Shown piece after piece: positions 63,515 through 64,000 of a stretch of 64,000 nucleotides of DNA. Below the pieces are notes generated by a model. That model was not told the origin of the DNA. It ran no database searches and was given only the letters and a program-made list of their open reading frames with translations. Position numbers and translations under genes: made by a program. Where the stretch lies: positions 45,426,356 through 45,490,355 of the forward strand of contig NC_090389.1 in the NCBI RefSeq assembly GCF_036365525.1, in the 5' to 3' direction. Source of the DNA: Heterodontus francisci (Eukaryota). Positions within the stretch are counted from its first letter, which is position 1; each line of letters opens with the position of its first letter.

Positions 63515-64000
63515 ATTGATATGGCTTGTCCTGTTTCAAGGCTATTTGGCTAGATATGTTTACAGTCTTTAGTAGTTAAAAAGCTAACAGTCTCCCTGGG
63601 GTTATCCACATTCTAACAACATTAAACAAAGGATCCTTACATGGTCTGAATTAGTCCTTTTCATCGCTTCTCAATATGTCTTGACTTGTACAGAACTCTA
63701 GCTAACATTCAACTGAGCTTATCCATCATGCTTTTGTGGTTATGTTACAATTTTAACTGATATACTTAAGGATATGACAACTGAGTTCTAACAGTACTAT
63801 AATAAAATAAACTCAATCCTACACAAGGCCTTCACTGCCAGCGGCCCCTTCCTTCCCCCTAACTTATCACCTCTGACGAGGTGGCACATGCCCTTTGCCC
63901 CTCTGGAATGGCAGCCTCACAGTTCTGGGAGCTTTGTCCCCACTTCTCAGATGGTTCCTGATGCCCTCCCTTCTCCACCCTGCCTAGCAATTGATGCTGC

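Larger units (their letters stand above)
51806..63823 (-). mobile_element. Full-length decayed retrovirus-like LTR element (gag-PR-RT-tether-RNase H-IN, no env), loki/Odin-like
   Basis: Paired LTRs with TG...CA ends, TSD CAAG (51802-51805, 63824-63827), PBS, purine tract, and all domains in order on the minus strand. Confidence 0.92.
62161..63823 (-). repeat. 5' LTR carrying four later insertions
   Basis: Colinear with 51806-52688 apart from the inserts. Confidence 0.92.

Noticed and set aside
1-64000. CRISPR arrays, operons, rRNA or true tRNA genes, and the many short antisense ORFs in the track
   Set aside because: No regularly spaced repeats. The tRNA-like boxes belong to SINE/LINE heads, and the short ORFs are alternative frames of TEs or chance.

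Overview
This window is eukaryotic and dominated by repeats, with no recognisable host protein-coding gene. The repeat complement points to a cartilaginous fish, probably a shark (inference). It includes HE1/V-SINEs with CR1 tails, a SacSINE1-like DeuSINE, CR1 and CR1-Zenon LINEs, an RTE/BovB-like LINE, Penelope elements and Harbinger transposons. The only long intact ORF is a young RTE-clade LINE reverse transcriptase (2-1951). Four structures stand out. (1) A complete but decayed 12-kb LTR element (51806-63823, minus strand, TSD CAAG) has retrovirus-like dual RNase H, a coiled-coil Gag and no env, resembling lokiretroviruses/Odin. (2) A CR1-Zenon LINE has a tRNA-derived Pol III head directly upstream of its endonuclease, and local SINEs look like its head+tail deletion derivatives. 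(3) Several ~100-150 bp Penelope-derived insertions with their own TSDs consist mostly of a minimal hammerhead ribozyme. (4) Insertions are nested several layers deep with readable TSDs. All calls were made by eye; boundaries without a TSD or TIR are approximate.
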